Below are positions 31,160-41,812 of a DNA stretch of 64,000 bases, piece by piece. Origin of the DNA: Gammaproteobacteria bacterium (GTDB lineage Bacteria > Pseudomonadota > Gammaproteobacteria > CBDBNL01 > JAAOII01); the NCBI GenBank assembly GCA_965209035.1, contig OZ242372.1, forward strand, positions 1,312,001 through 1,376,000. Reading direction: 5' to 3'. The notes under the pieces were generated by a model. The model was not told the origin of the DNA and did no database searches. It saw only the letters and a list, made by a program, of their open reading frames with translations. Positions within the stretch are counted from its first letter, which is position 1, and each line of letters opens with the position of its first letter. The position numbers and the translations under genes were made by a program.

Positions 31160-32313
31160 AAAACAAAATATTTACCGCACCCCGTGACAGTTCAGCGGAA
31201 GGGGCCGAGTTTAGTGATATTTTTCGCGAGGAGGATGTTAAAGATGAATGGGTAAACTCTATTATGCAAGACAACCCGCAGCTCTATGCGTTGCTTAACG
31301 GGGTGAAGTCATTCGGCAACCATTACAACTACTGCTACTGTGCGTATATGGCTATTCGTTTAATTGAGATGCATCGTATTCTTAAGTCCTCGGGTAACAT
31401 TTACCTGCACTGCGATCAGACAATGAGTCACTATCTCAAACTCATCATGGATTGTATATTCGGTGAGAGTAAATTCAGGAACGAAGTGATATGGTGTTAT
31501 CACGCGGGCGGGGCAACTAAAAAACATTTCCCGAGGAAACACGATTCTCTGTTGCTTTATGGAAAAGGAAATGATGCGACACACAACATCCTGCGAGTTC
31601 CTTATCGAGATTTTTATGCTTTATCAGACTCAACAGGCCGTTACAATCCGGCGGGAAAAATGATGTCTGACTGGTGGGAAATATCACAGATTTCGTCTGT
31701 CGCCAAAGAGCGAACAGGCTACCCAACCCAGAAACCGCTGGCACTATTGGAGCGCATCGTCCAAGTGAGCAGTAATAAAGGGGATTTGATATTGGATCCC
31801 TTCTGCGGTTGTGCAACAACTTGTATTGCGGCGGAAAAATTGGAGCGCAGTTGGATCGGCATAGATGTATCGCAGAAGGCTTATGAGTTGGTAAAAGAAA
31901 GGCTGGCGAAAGAAGTACCGGAAGATTTTTTTAGAGGCGAACCGCACTTCACAACAACGCCCCCCAAACGCAGTTACAAAGATGACGACGCGGATGGTAA
32001 GAAGTATGTCTACATCATATCCAATCCCAAATATCCGGGAGAATATAAAGTGGGTGTTGCACGAGACACAACAAGGCGTCTAAACTCCTACCAAATAGGC
32101 GACCCGGATCGCAGTTATCAATTGGAATATCGCCTACTAACGGTAAAGTATAACGAAGTGGAACAACACATCCACCGCATGTTTCCAAACAAGCACGAAT
32201 GGGTCCTGGGAGAATTATCTAAAATTAAGGAAGCAATAAAGAACTATAAGGAATAGCCACAGAAAACTTTTAAGAAATGTCAAAAAACGCGCGCGAATAG
32301 AAACAACGATAAT

Positions 32314-32462
32314 AATTCAAAGAAATAGCCTCTTCACAGGCGACCGCCGGAGGTTATGCGGCAGCCGGGTTTGGACAACAGACTGGCGGAAGGGACGCAC
32401 GGGAAATGCTTATGGGCTTCTTAAAAGTAAAAGTAGCCAAAGTTGGTTCCTGTCAAAACCGG
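32314..32462 (+). repeat. 149-bp direct repeat, right copy
   Basis: Matches 30068-30216. Confidence 0.9.
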
Positions 32463-32614
32463 AATAGCTCAGAACCGGGCGAAATGCGGCACAAAAGGTC
32501 ATTCGTGCGGGCTCTTGTTGTATAATATTTTTATAGTTTGATTGGTCGGAATATTGCGGTCGGTTGTTTCTATTATTATTATTAATAGTTAGTTATTACA
32601 CAAAAACAGAAGTT

Positions 32615-33142
32615 ATGGCAAGAGTTACAGTAGAAGATTGTTTGAAGTATGTGGAGAATCGCTTTGAACTGGTGCGGCTGGCGGCGGTGCGAGCCCGGCA
32701 GTTGGATGAGGGACATATGCGCAAGTTAGAAGATACGGGCGAGAAGAACACCCTGTTCGCGTTGCGCGAGATTGCGGCCGGCAAGATAGACCCGAGTATC
32801 GTCCGCACCAGAATGATCGACGAAGCGGATGAGAGTCACCCCGATTTCCAAGAAGGGATGCGTCGTTTGGCAGAGAAAGAGATAAAGAAACGCCAAGAAG
32901 AGGCGGCCGCCATGAAGGCTCTTGAGGCGGCGGCTCCCCAAAGCGACGAAGCAAAAGCCGAGGCCCAAGACGACGAAGCAAAAGCCGAGGCCCAAGACGA
33001 CGAAGCAAAAGCCGATACGGACGGCAACCCCGAGGAAACGGATCCTATACAGGCGGGGAAACCCGAGGCCCAAGACGACGAAGCAAAAGCCGATGATGCG
33101 GTGTCTGAGCCGCAAGAGGATAACAATAACAAGGAGGACTGA
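32615..33142 (+). CDS. rpoZ: RNA polymerase omega subunit with long acidic repetitive tail
   Basis: [10 protein letters not shown]...NRFELV...RARQL...ALREIA; upstream of spoT. Confidence 0.93.
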   Translation: MARVTVEDCLKYVENRFELVRLAAVRARQLDEGHMRKLEDTGEKNTLFALREIAAGKIDPSIVRTRMIDEADESHPDFQEGMRRLAEKEIKKRQEEAAAMKALEAAAPQSDEAKAEAQDDEAKAEAQDDEAKADTDGNPEETDPIQAGKPEAQDDEAKADDAVSEPQEDNNNKED

Positions 33143-33160
33143 ACTTGAAGGTCTCCGCGT

Positions 33161-35518
33161 ATGACAGAGACTTCATCTTCACAACGGGCGGTTCGGCGAG
33201 ACGGATACAATTCAACTCCCGACGCCCAACCCACAAATACCCAAACCGCTGATAGCGTAACAGACAAACTCAAGTCTTATTCCGGCTTCATTTTGCCGCC
33301 CTTTCGCTCCTTGCGATTGCGGTCGGACACGCCGGCAAATGTTTCCCTTTACTACGACACTTTTTACAAAAAGATGCGGGACAAGTTATCCCGCAAAGAA
33401 GTTGCCGTTGTCTTGCGCGTTTATAGGTTTGCCGAGCGCGCCCATGGCAAGCAAAAGCGTTCTTCGGGCATCCCCTACATCAGTCATCCGATGGCGGTCG
33501 CCAACATGGTGGCGGACATGGGATTGGATGTGCGTGCGATATCGGCGGCCCTGTTACACGATGTCATAGAAGATACCGGGGTTTCTCACGCGGACATTAA
33601 AAAAGAGTTTGGCGAGGAACTTGCCCATCTGGTGGAAGGTCTAACCAAGTTACGCGGCCTCAAAAAACAACCGCTGCCGGACAGGAGTATGAACCCGTCA
33701 CAATCGGCAAACTATCAAAAACTGGTATTGGCGATGGCGCGCGATCCGCGCGTCATTCTGATAAAACTCTCCGATCGCCTGCACAACCTGCGAACCATTC
33801 ATGCGTTATCTTCGGAACGGCAGCGCCGCATTGCCAAGGAAACGATGCTGGTGTATGCCCCGCTGGCCGGACGTCTGGGGATGGAGAAGTTGCGAATGGA
33901 GTTGGAGGATCTAAGTTTTGCCGCCGTCTATCCGATGCGTTACAAACTTCTTGCCGGCGAAGTGGAAAAGGCGCGTCACAAAAAAAAGAATGACATGCTG
34001 GAAGTCATCGGGCAGCTGCGTGTTTATCTAAAGAAAAAAGGAATCTCTTGCCACATTTACGGCAGAAAAAAGAACCTTGCCGGCATCTACAACAAGATGA
34101 CAAGGCGCCACAGCGAATGGCTGACATCGGAGCCGGCCCGGCAAATCGGCAAAGAATCGTCCACTTTGCATGAAATCATGGATGTGTATGGCATCCGCAT
34201 CTTGGTAAAAAAGATTGACGATTGTTATGCGGCTCTCGGTGTGCTGCATGTGAGTATGCGTCCGATTGCCGGCAGATTTAAGGATTACATCGCCAACCCA
34301 AAGAAAAACGGCTATCAGTCGCTGCACACCACCCTGGTGGGCCCCGGCGGCTATCCGGTTGAGATCCAGATTCGCACGCGGGATATGCATTTGATTGCCG
34401 AGTCCGGTCTCGCCGCCCACTTTCTCTACAAAGCGGGTCTCTTTTCCAAGAAAAAGAGCGGCACCGAGCACGCCGACAAAACGGTTGGCTGGCTGCGCGG
34501 CATCGCCCTTTCGGGCGGCGAAGGGCGGGAGTTGATGCGGACCCTTGACCGGGAGTTTAGTGCCCGCGAAATTTATGTTTATACGCCGGAAGGCGATATT
34601 ATCAACCTGCCCGCGGGGGCCTGCGCCGTAGATTTTGCATACGCGGTGCATACGGACATGGGGGCCAAGTGCGTTGCCTGCGAGATTGACAACAAACCGG
34701 CTTCCATTACGCAGTCTTTGCAGACCGGTCAAGTTGTTAAGATACGCACCCGCGCGGATGCGTCGCCGGATTTTTCCTGGAGTTCTTATGCGGTCACTCC
34801 CAAGGCCCTAAGTCATATTGCGCAGTATGCGCGCATGAAAGAGAGTACGGACATCAGAGAATTGGGTCAAAAGATGCTGACAGACGCGCTGCGTATTTAC
34901 AAACCGAACGCCGCTCTGGCCGATATCGGCGAAAAAGAATGGCAAGAATATCTGAAAAAGCACTCCTTTACGACCCGCGATATGTTTTATGAAGCCCTGT
35001 GCCAGGGAAAACTGACACCCCTGACGGCGGCTTTTTATCTGTTGCCCTCGTCTTCGTCCGACAGATCCCCGAATATAAATAGCAAAAAACCTTCACTGGA
35101 GGTGCGTTCACAGGACGGCGCGATAAAATATGCAAATTGTTGTCACCCGATTCCCGGCGACCCGATTGTTGCCATGCCGATGAAACAAGGCGGGCTATAT
35201 ATTCATCGGCTCAATTGTCGTAATGTGGATATCAAGCGCCGAAGTTTGCCGGCACACTGGGAAAACGAGAAAGGAGATATCTTTCCGGTGGCAATTCGCT
35301 GCCACACGCGCAACATGCCGAATGCGGTTAGTAAGATTGCCGGCGAACTGGCACGCAACAAGATCAATGTGGAAAGCATTGTAACCGAAAACGATTCGGC
35401 CGCCGTGCGCGTTCTGGTCATCAGTCTCTGGGTGCATAATACCGCGCATCTCGCCGAGGTGATCCACAAACTGAATCGGGTCCGCGACCTCACCGCCACC
35501 GAAAGAATTCGCGGCTAA
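33161..35518 (+). CDS. spoT: (p)ppGpp synthase/hydrolase
   Basis: HD domain (LHDVIED), NGYQSLHT, TGS domain (DFAYAVHT), ACT domain. Confidence 0.93.
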   Translation: MTETSSSQRAVRRDGYNSTPDAQPTNTQTADSVTDKLKSYSGFILPPFRSLRLRSDTPANVSLYYDTFYKKMRDKLSRKEVAVVLRVYRFAERAHGKQKRSSGIPYISHPMAVANMVADMGLDVRAISAALLHDVIEDTGVSHADIKKEFGEELAHLVEGLTKLRGLKKQPLPDRSMNPSQSANYQKLVLAMARDPRVILIKLSDRLHNLRTIHALSSERQRRIAKETMLVYAPLAGRLGMEKLRMELEDLSFAAVYPMRYKLLAGEVEKARHKKKNDMLEVIGQLRVYLKKKGISCHIYGRKKNLAGIYNKMTRRHSEWLTSEPARQIGKESSTLHEIMDVYGIRILVKKIDDCYAALGVLHVSMRPIAGRFKDYIANPKKNGYQSLHTTLVGPGGYPVEIQIRTRDMHLIAESGLAAHFLYKAGLFSKKKSGTEHADKTVGWLRGIALSGGEGRELMRTLDREFSAREIYVYTPEGDIINLPAGACAVDFAYAVHTDMGAKCVACEIDNKPASITQSLQTGQVVKIRTRADASPDFSWSSYAVTPKALSHIAQYARMKESTDIRELGQKMLTDALRIYKPNAALADIGEKEWQEYLKKHSFTTRDMFYEALCQGKLTPLTAAFYLLPSSSSDRSPNINSKKPSLEVRSQDGAIKYANCCHPIPGDPIVAMPMKQGGLYIHRLNCRNVDIKRRSLPAHWENEKGDIFPVAIRCHTRNMPNAVSKIAGELARNKINVESIVTENDSAAVRVLVISLWVHNTAHLAEVIHKLNRVRDLTATERIRG

Positions 35519-35548
35519 CCGGTAAGAGGCGGCGCGCCTGCCGCCCGT

Positions 35549-35830
35549 CCGCCCGTCTGTTCAACCCGACTGCCGAATTATGCCGGTGAGCACATCGGGC
35601 ATGACGCGGATCAAATCCTCGGCAATGAGGTTCACTCCCGCCCGCCCGTCTGTTCAACCCGACTGCCGAATTATGCCGGTGAGCACATCGGGCATGACGC
35701 GGATCAAATCCTCGGCAATCTGGTTCACTCCCGCCCGTCTGTCTATTTAGCCCAACTTCCGAATCATGTCGGTGAGTACATCGGGCATGACGCGGATCAG
35801 ATCCTCGGCAATGAGGTTCACTCCCGCCCG
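35549..35830 (-). repeat. Two tandem echoes (93 and 89 bp) of the nnr 3' end plus the template
   Basis: Copies at 35549-35641 and 35642-35730 match 35731-35830. Confidence 0.92.
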
Positions 35831-37300
35831 TTGCCCGCAAAGTTCGTGAATATGCGTGCCGGCGCAGGCGGCGACGAAAGGCGTCATTCCCTGTGCCAGA
35901 AAAGAAACGATCATCCCGCCGAGCACATCGCCGCTGCCGCCCGTCGCAAGATAGGAAGATGCCGATTGTTGCACGGCAACTTTGCCGCCCTTATGGCCGC
36001 CCTTATTAATGAGCGGTTCGGCGATCACGGTGTCCGCCCCTTTGAGAACAATCACAGCCCCGGTCTCCGCCGCCGCGTTTAGTGCCAGTTCGCACTTGTT
36101 GGCGCCGGTAATATTCGGAAACACACGCCGAAATTCTGCGATATGCGGAGTCAGGACACACTTGCCGTGCCGCCGCAACGCCCGCTTCAGCGGTTCGGGA
36201 TTCGACTCAAAAGAAGACAGAGCATCCGCATCCAACACAAGAGGAACCTTCCCTTGCAGCAAGCCGAGGGTTCGCTCTGCGGTTTGTTTGCCTACCCCGC
36301 TGCCGGGACCTGTCAAGGCGGCACCGGCTTTAAAGTCCGCCAGGTTTTGAGCGGGCGTCCTGCCTTCGTCCGAACGCAGAATGCAACTGACGGGCGCATA
36401 CCCCGGCGGCTGCGATGACGGGTCGGCAAGGATTCTGCTTACAAGCCCCGCCCCGGCCCGCTGGGCGGCCATACATGCCAGCACACCCGCCCCGCCGAAT
36501 TGCTCGCCGGCAAAAATCAGAACATGCCCGCGATTGTACTTGTGCGACAAATAGTTTGGTGTTTTTCGGATCAGCTCGTCCGCATACAAATGCGCTCCGT
36601 TCATCAGATGCCGCGGGCGAATACCATTCAACACATCATCGCGAATCCCGATGGGAAAGCACACAACCGAACCGCAATAATGAGCGGCCGGGTAAAGATA
36701 ATGTGCCAACTTGGGACGAAAAAAGGTGACAGTCAGGTCGGCTCGGATATGCTCGCCGCCGGCGGTTGCCCGGTCGCCGTGAATGCCGCTTGGCAGATCC
36801 GCCGCCACCTTACGGCCGCGACATCGGTTGAAGGCGCGAATCACCGCAGCGGCTGCGCCTTCGGGTGCGCGATTCAAACCCGTGCCAAATAGGGCGTCTG
36901 TGAGAATACCCGCCTTACCCAAAAAAGAGCGATAGACTTTTTCGTCCGTCTGTTCTTCGGCAACCAGAAGATCTTCCGGCTCCAACAATGCAAGCGTTTT
37001 GTGCGCGAAAAGACGCGCCTCGCCTTTAAGTTGTTCCGGCTGCCGCAGGGACAAAATACGCGCCTTCCGGCCGGCAAGCAGCAGATCATGCGCACAGGCA
37101 AATCCGTCCGCCCCGTTGTTGCCGACACCGCAGCACACGGCAATCGGCTCGCCGGGCAGGGACATACCGCAAATTGCACGCGCAAGTTGCCCGCCGGCTG
37201 TGGCAATTAACCTTGCCTCGGCGACACCGCCCTCAATGGTCAGTTTGTCCGCCAGAGCCATTTCGGCAATTGTCAAAATTTCCCGTCCGCCCGTTTTCAT
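35747..37300 (-). CDS. nnr: Bifunctional NAD(P)H-hydrate epimerase/dehydratase
   Basis: GNNGADG, DALFGTG, DLPSG, HKYNRG, LTPHIAEF and ATGGSGDVL motifs; start at ATG 37300 assumed. Confidence 0.92.
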   Translation of the reverse strand: MKTGGREILTIAEMALADKLTIEGGVAEARLIATAGGQLARAICGMSLPGEPIAVCCGVGNNGADGFACAHDLLLAGRKARILSLRQPEQLKGEARLFAHKTLALLEPEDLLVAEEQTDEKVYRSFLGKAGILTDALFGTGLNRAPEGAAAAVIRAFNRCRGRKVAADLPSGIHGDRATAGGEHIRADLTVTFFRPKLAHYLYPAAHYCGSVVCFPIGIRDDVLNGIRPRHLMNGAHLYADELIRKTPNYLSHKYNRGHVLIFAGEQFGGAGVLACMAAQRAGAGLVSRILADPSSQPPGYAPVSCILRSDEGRTPAQNLADFKAGAALTGPGSGVGKQTAERTLGLLQGKVPLVLDADALSSFESNPEPLKRALRRHGKCVLTPHIAEFRRVFPNITGANKCELALNAAAETGAVIVLKGADTVIAEPLINKGGHKGGKVAVQQSASSYLATGGSGDVLGGMIVSFLAQGMTPFVAACAGTHIHELCGQRAGVNLIAEDLIRVMPDVLTDMIRKLG

Positions 37301-37663
37301 ATTTTCATTTATTACTTCCCATAGGTTTATTATATCGCTCTTGGCTGCCGGCTTTCTTGCTTTAAAAGTTACGATGATATTGTCCAATTCCACCCGGTTT
37401 TGGATTTTTTCTGTTGAGAACCGGGCCGGCAAGAATTGTTCGTAAACATTATCCGATTCGTTTTATATGGAATGCATAATCTCAGTAAGGTTGCGGACGC
37501 TTGCTTTAAAGGTTACGATGAGATCGCGGGAGATATCGCGGGACCGGACTTCCGAATAGTTGCCGACAGGATTGCCTCGGATTGCGGTAGAATGGCGGAC
37601 AGTCGTTTTGAAGTTTCGTAGTTCTTCCGGCAGTTATAAATACAAGGTTTTTTAAGGGCGTCC

Positions 37664-37763
37664 TGCATGATCTCATAAAGGTTCCGGACTCTGAGTTTGG
37701 CATTTCTCGCTGATACGCTTTTTGTAAAAACAACCGAGGTCCGGCAATGGGTGGGATCATACA
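37664..37763. mobile_element. 100-bp MITE-like element, shortest member of the dispersed family
   Basis: Imperfect inverted ends tgcatgatctcataaaggttccggac / gtccggcaatgggtgggatcataca; both halves recur elsewhere in the window. Confidence 0.65.
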
Positions 37764-37832
37764 AAGTTCCCAAAATTATTGAGACGATGCGTACAATAGA
37801 TGTTACCGGAGTACTTTGCCATAAAAACACAG

Positions 37833-38123
37833 ATGAATAAAAAACAAGAAACCGAATGGGAAAAAGAAATAGATGCCAATTATCGGGCATTTAAGGAAAT
37901 TCTACCCGAGTTATTGGAAAACTTTCCCGGTAAATTTGTAATCATGTATCAACACAAAAAGGTTGCAATCTTTGACACGGAACAGGATGCTTTTCAAGCT
38001 GCCTCTATGCTATATGGGAAAAATGTACCCTACTCGGTTCAAAAGATAACAAATCAATCCGTAGACTTAGGTTGGCAAGGGTGTGCCTTCTTTGGCGCCT
38101 CCTCTGCGACGACACTTCCCTGA
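37833..38123 (+). CDS. Small hypothetical protein, DUF5678-like
   Basis: AT-rich ORF; ANYRAF...LL...PGKFV...FDT...A pattern; family call by recall only. Confidence 0.5.
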   Translation: MNKKQETEWEKEIDANYRAFKEILPELLENFPGKFVIMYQHKKVAIFDTEQDAFQAASMLYGKNVPYSVQKITNQSVDLGWQGCAFFGASSATTLP

Positions 38124-38510
38124 ATTAAAATAGTCAATTCATTAAGGGAGTATTTCAATTCTCAAACGGACTCTTTACTTTCTGTTTGTAAAAGAAAAAT
38201 CAAAAAAAGTCCTTGCCCCGAACATTCGCCGGGCGCATTAAAAACTTCTCAAACTCACGCAACTTGATCTTGCGAAAATAACCCTCTTTTGAATTTGTAT
38301 TGTTCATAGTATTCGTTCAAATTCGCAGATCCTCATATCCTCATTTGTTCCTTTGTCACTCCCTATGCGTTTGGTATATCGCTCTTGGCTGCCGGCTTTC
38401 TTGCTTTAAAGGTTACGATGCGCGGGGAGGGGGAGGAGGGGGGAATGCTCCCCGGAATGCGTATAAAGAGTATGAAACTTTTAATTAATATTTATAATAA
38501 CAATAAAATT

Positions 38511-39047
38511 ATGAAATACATTTATACACTTTTATTGTCCGGTTTGATGCTGTTAGTGGCACTGCCGGCCAATGCGCTGACCTATGGCGGACACGGCAAC
38601 AACGGCCGCGACCTCATCGGCAGCACACGCAGCGATGTGGTCAAGCATGCTTCCGAGCATTTTGATCGCATGGATGCCAACAAAGACGGGATAGTTGAGA
38701 TGAGCGAGTTGTCCGGTAAGAGCCGGAAAGGCGATTCATCCAAATATCAATACATTCTTCGCCAACTTGACACAAACAACGACAAGGTCGTTTCCAAAGA
38801 GGAGTTTGTGGCACGGGCGACAGAGCGTTTTGACCTGGCGGATACCGACAAAGACGGTAAGATCAGTTCGGCGGAACGCGAAGAATCCCATTCCATCATC
38901 CGTGCACACGGTATGCAACAGGTGTTTGAAGCGGCCGATACCAACGGCGACGGTCAGCTGTCGCCGGAGGAATTTGCCAATCTTGGTGTCCATGCCGGCA
39001 ACCCGCAAGGGAGAGGCTACCGCCGCGGCGGGCATCATCGCGAGTAG
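38511..39047 (+). CDS. Secreted EF-hand protein (copy 1)
   Basis: Signal peptide ending ANA; loops DANKDGIVEMSE, DTNNDKVVSKEE, DTDKDGKISSAE, DTNGDGQLSPEE. Confidence 0.9.
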   Translation: MKYIYTLLLSGLMLLVALPANALTYGGHGNNGRDLIGSTRSDVVKHASEHFDRMDANKDGIVEMSELSGKSRKGDSSKYQYILRQLDTNNDKVVSKEEFVARATERFDLADTDKDGKISSAEREESHSIIRAHGMQQVFEAADTNGDGQLSPEEFANLGVHAGNPQGRGYRRGGHHRE

Positions 39048-39075
39048 CCTCACAGAAGCTGCTTCCAAAAGCTGA

Positions 39076-39666
39076 ATGCGGGATGAAATCGGCGATGCCG
39101 AATTGCTTGAAGCGATCGGCAAAGCCGATTCCGCCGCTTTTGGGATCTTGACGCGCCGCTATGCGCGCAAATGTTACGGCCTGGCATACCGATTGCTGGG
39201 AAATCGCGAGATGGCGGAAGACACCGTCCAGGAAGTGTTTATGAAAATTTGGACCAAGCCCTTTATGTGGCAACCGGATCGCGGTGCCAAGTTTGGCACC
39301 TGGTTGTATCGGGTGGTTTCCAACGCTTCTGTTGATACCTATCGCCGATATCGTTCTGCGTCCGGCACCTTTTATCCGATTTCTTTGGACGAAATGCCGA
39401 TAGAACCGGCGGCCGCGGAAGACGAACTCACCAAAGTCCATCTGCGCCGAGTGTGCGACACGTTACGTGCGGAGATCGTCAAGTTGCCCGCTAATCAAAG
39501 ACTGGCGATCATTTTTTGTCGCATGGAAGGCAAATCATACGCCGAGGCCGCGGACATGATCGGCGTCACGCCGAAGGCTGTGGACGGTTATGTCAATCGG
39601 GGCGTGCGAACGCTTAAGAAAAAAATGGCGGCGGTGAGCTTGAACATAGAAGAAATTTTGAAATAA
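39076..39666 (+). CDS. ECF RNA polymerase sigma factor
   Basis: AEDTVQEVF and FGTWLYRV motifs; region 4 LP...SYAEAA. Confidence 0.92.
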   Translation: MRDEIGDAELLEAIGKADSAAFGILTRRYARKCYGLAYRLLGNREMAEDTVQEVFMKIWTKPFMWQPDRGAKFGTWLYRVVSNASVDTYRRYRSASGTFYPISLDEMPIEPAAAEDELTKVHLRRVCDTLRAEIVKLPANQRLAIIFCRMEGKSYAEAADMIGVTPKAVDGYVNRGVRTLKKKMAAVSLNIEEILK

Positions 39667-39691
39667 CAATTTAATCTCAATTATTTTATTA

Positions 39692-40084
39692 ATGAAGAAA
39701 CACGAAAAACAAATTAGGCAAGAACTCTTGCGCGTTCCGCAACCGGGCAAGAACTGGGAAGAGCGGTTAATCCGAGAAGCGGTTGCCCGCCCTCAATCCG
39801 GCATCACGGTAATCATCGGGCTCTTTGTGCGCTCCGCCAAGGTGCTCGGCGGCTTGTTCCGGCGTCAGCCGCTGCTGGCACCGGCCTTGGCGGCCGGCTG
39901 CCTACTAATGTTAGTCGTTTGGAACCCGATTGACTCCTACTTGGTGCCGGGAGGTTCCGCGAGCGAAGACGCTTTGTATCACAATGCGATCTCCTATACG
40001 GAAGACATCACCGGGATGAACGACGCCCTGCCCGAAGAAGAAATTCTGGAAGAGATAAACGCCTGGATTCCGCAAGACTGGTAG
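39692..40084 (+). CDS. Putative single-TM anti-sigma factor (copy 1)
   Basis: Follows the ECF sigma; one TM segment; function inferred from position. Confidence 0.6.
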   Translation: MKKHEKQIRQELLRVPQPGKNWEERLIREAVARPQSGITVIIGLFVRSAKVLGGLFRRQPLLAPALAAGCLLMLVVWNPIDSYLVPGGSASEDALYHNAISYTEDITGMNDALPEEEILEEINAWIPQDW

Positions 40085-40128
40085 GGAATCGCCCGGGTTA
40101 GCTTGGGCGGCCTGTTTCGGCCTGCGGC

Positions 40129-40330
40129 TCAGATCTCGCACAGGGCGAAGTCGCTCTTGCCGGCTCCGCAATCCGGGCCTACCCAATCTTCGGGGGCATC
40201 TTTCCGGCAAATGCCGGCGGCTTTCCGGCAAATGCCGGCGGCTTCCCGGCAAATGCCGGCGGCAATGTTGTCTTCCGGTCTGTTTCGGTCTGCGGCTCAG
40301 ACCTCGCACATAGAGAAATCGTTCTTGCCG
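40129..40330 (-). repeat. Displaced echoes of the rubredoxin 3' end
   Basis: [15 protein letters not shown]...* (stop at 40129) and partial KNDFSMCEV* (stop at 40297). Confidence 0.85.
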
Positions 40331-40573
40331 TGTCCTCTGTTCGCCCCGTCCGACAGAACCGTAGGCTCTTTGATCCGGGGAAGCACAATATTAAACTGCC
40401 AAACTGCCAAGCCACCAAACTGCCAAGCTATCAAACTACCAAGCCCTGAGTTCAAAATCTTCCGGATATCATACGGATATTGCCGGGATGCTGAGAGAGG
40501 GGAAATACTCCCCCGAATGCGTATCAATAGTATGAAACTTTTAATTAATATTGATAATAATAACAATAAAATT

Positions 40574-41185
40574 ATGAAATACATTTACACACTTTTACTT
40601 TTGCTTTTATCGCCCGGCTTAATGCTGTTAGTGGCACTGCCGGCCAATGCACAGACCTTTGGCGGTTATGGCTACGGCCACAGCCTCAACGGTAACACGA
40701 CGCGCGGCGATGTGATTAAGCATGCCTCGGAGCATTTTGATCATATGGATGTCAATAATGACGGAAAAATTGAGACGAGCGATTGGTCCGGTAACGGCAG
40801 GCGCCGCGGTGGCTCACCCGCATTTGGAAATAGGATGCTCCGCCAATTTGACACCAACAACGACAATGTCGTTTCCAAAGAGGAGTTTGTGGCGCGGGCG
40901 GTAGAGCGTTTTGACCTGGCGGATACCGACAAGAACGGTAAGATCAGCGCGGCGGAACGGAAAGCATCCTACTCCGTGATTCACGGATACGACATGCAAC
41001 AGTTGTTTAAAGCGGCCGATACCAACGGCGACGGTCAATTGTCCCCGGAAGAATATTCCAATCTTGGCACTTTTGAGGGCAACTCGCAAGACAGAGACTA
41101 TCGCCGCGGATATCATCACGAGGATTATCACGGGTATCATCGCGGCTACCACCGCGGCTATCACCGCGGGTATCACCACGAGTGA
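40574..41185 (+). CDS. Secreted EF-hand protein (copy 2) with YHRG repeat tail
   Basis: Paralog of 38511; ends YHHEDYHGYHRGYHRGYHRGYHHE. Confidence 0.9.
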   Translation: MKYIYTLLLLLLSPGLMLLVALPANAQTFGGYGYGHSLNGNTTRGDVIKHASEHFDHMDVNNDGKIETSDWSGNGRRRGGSPAFGNRMLRQFDTNNDNVVSKEEFVARAVERFDLADTDKNGKISAAERKASYSVIHGYDMQQLFKAADTNGDGQLSPEEYSNLGTFEGNSQDRDYRRGYHHEDYHGYHRGYHRGYHRGYHHE

Positions 41186-41215
41186 GTAGCCCCGCAGAGG
41201 TTGTCCCAAATAGCC

Positions 41216-41350
41216 GAACGCGGGATGCAATTGGTCCCGGTCCCATATAGAATTGGATGCCGAATTGCTTATTCTGTCAATCGGGGAGTGCGAACGCTTA
41301 AGAAAAAAATGGCGGCGGTGAGCTTGAACATAGAAGACATTTTGAAATAA
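41216..41350 (+). pseudogene. Internally deleted remnant of the ECF sigma gene
   Basis: 5' piece gatgccgaattgctt joined to the 3' end ...gtcaatcgg...aacatagaagacattttgaaataa. Confidence 0.85.
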
Positions 41351-41375
41351 TAATTTAATCCCTCAATTTCAATTA

Positions 41376-41768
41376 ATGAAGAAACACGAAAAACAAATCA
41401 GGCAAGAACTCTTGCACGTTCCGCAACCGGGCAAGAACTGGGAAGAGCGGTTAATCCGAGAAGCGGTTGCCCGCCCTCAATCCGGTATAACGGCAATTAT
41501 CGGGATCTTTGTGCGCTCCGCCAATGCACTCGGCGGCCTGTTCCGGCGTCAGCCGCTGCTGGCACCGGCCTTGGCGGCCGGCTGTTTGCTGATGTTAATC
41601 GTCTGGAACCCGCTTGACACCTACCGGGTGCCGGGAGGTTCCGCGAGCGAAGACGCTTTGTACCGCAATGCGATCTCCTATACGGAAGAGATCACCGGAG
41701 TGAACGACGCCCTGCCCGAAGAAGAAATTCTGGAAGAGATAAACGCCTGGATTCCGCAAGATTGGTAG
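41376..41768 (+). CDS. Putative anti-sigma factor (copy 2)
   Basis: Near-identical to 39692-40084. Confidence 0.6.
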   Translation: MKKHEKQIRQELLHVPQPGKNWEERLIREAVARPQSGITAIIGIFVRSANALGGLFRRQPLLAPALAAGCLLMLIVWNPLDTYRVPGGSASEDALYRNAISYTEEITGVNDALPEEEILEEINAWIPQDW

Positions 41769-41812
41769 GGAATCGCTTGGGTTAGATTGGGTGGCTTGTT
41801 TCGGTCTGCGGC

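Larger units (their letters stand above)
30297..32256 (+). pseudogene. Beta-class N4/N6 DNA methyltransferase fused to a GIY-YIG/T5orf172-like domain, interrupted by IS1595
   Basis: 30297-30424 encodes MNHTLL...IDLIYLDPPFNKN; removing the IS and one target duplication rejoins it in frame with ORF 31264 (YPTQKP, DPFCGCATT, YVYII...YKVG). Confidence 0.85.
37331..38420. repeat. 46-bp direct repeats (37331-37376 and 38375-38420; partial third copy at 37501-37520) bracketing an AT-rich insert
   Basis: tatatcgctcttggctgccggctttcttgctttaaa(a/g)gttacgatg. Confidence 0.85.

Noticed and set aside
40103-40573. N-terminal extension of the 360-aa EF-hand ORF, and ORFs 41787-42155 and 41971-42357
   Set aside because: Antisense reads of rubredoxin echoes; the signal peptide starts at 40574
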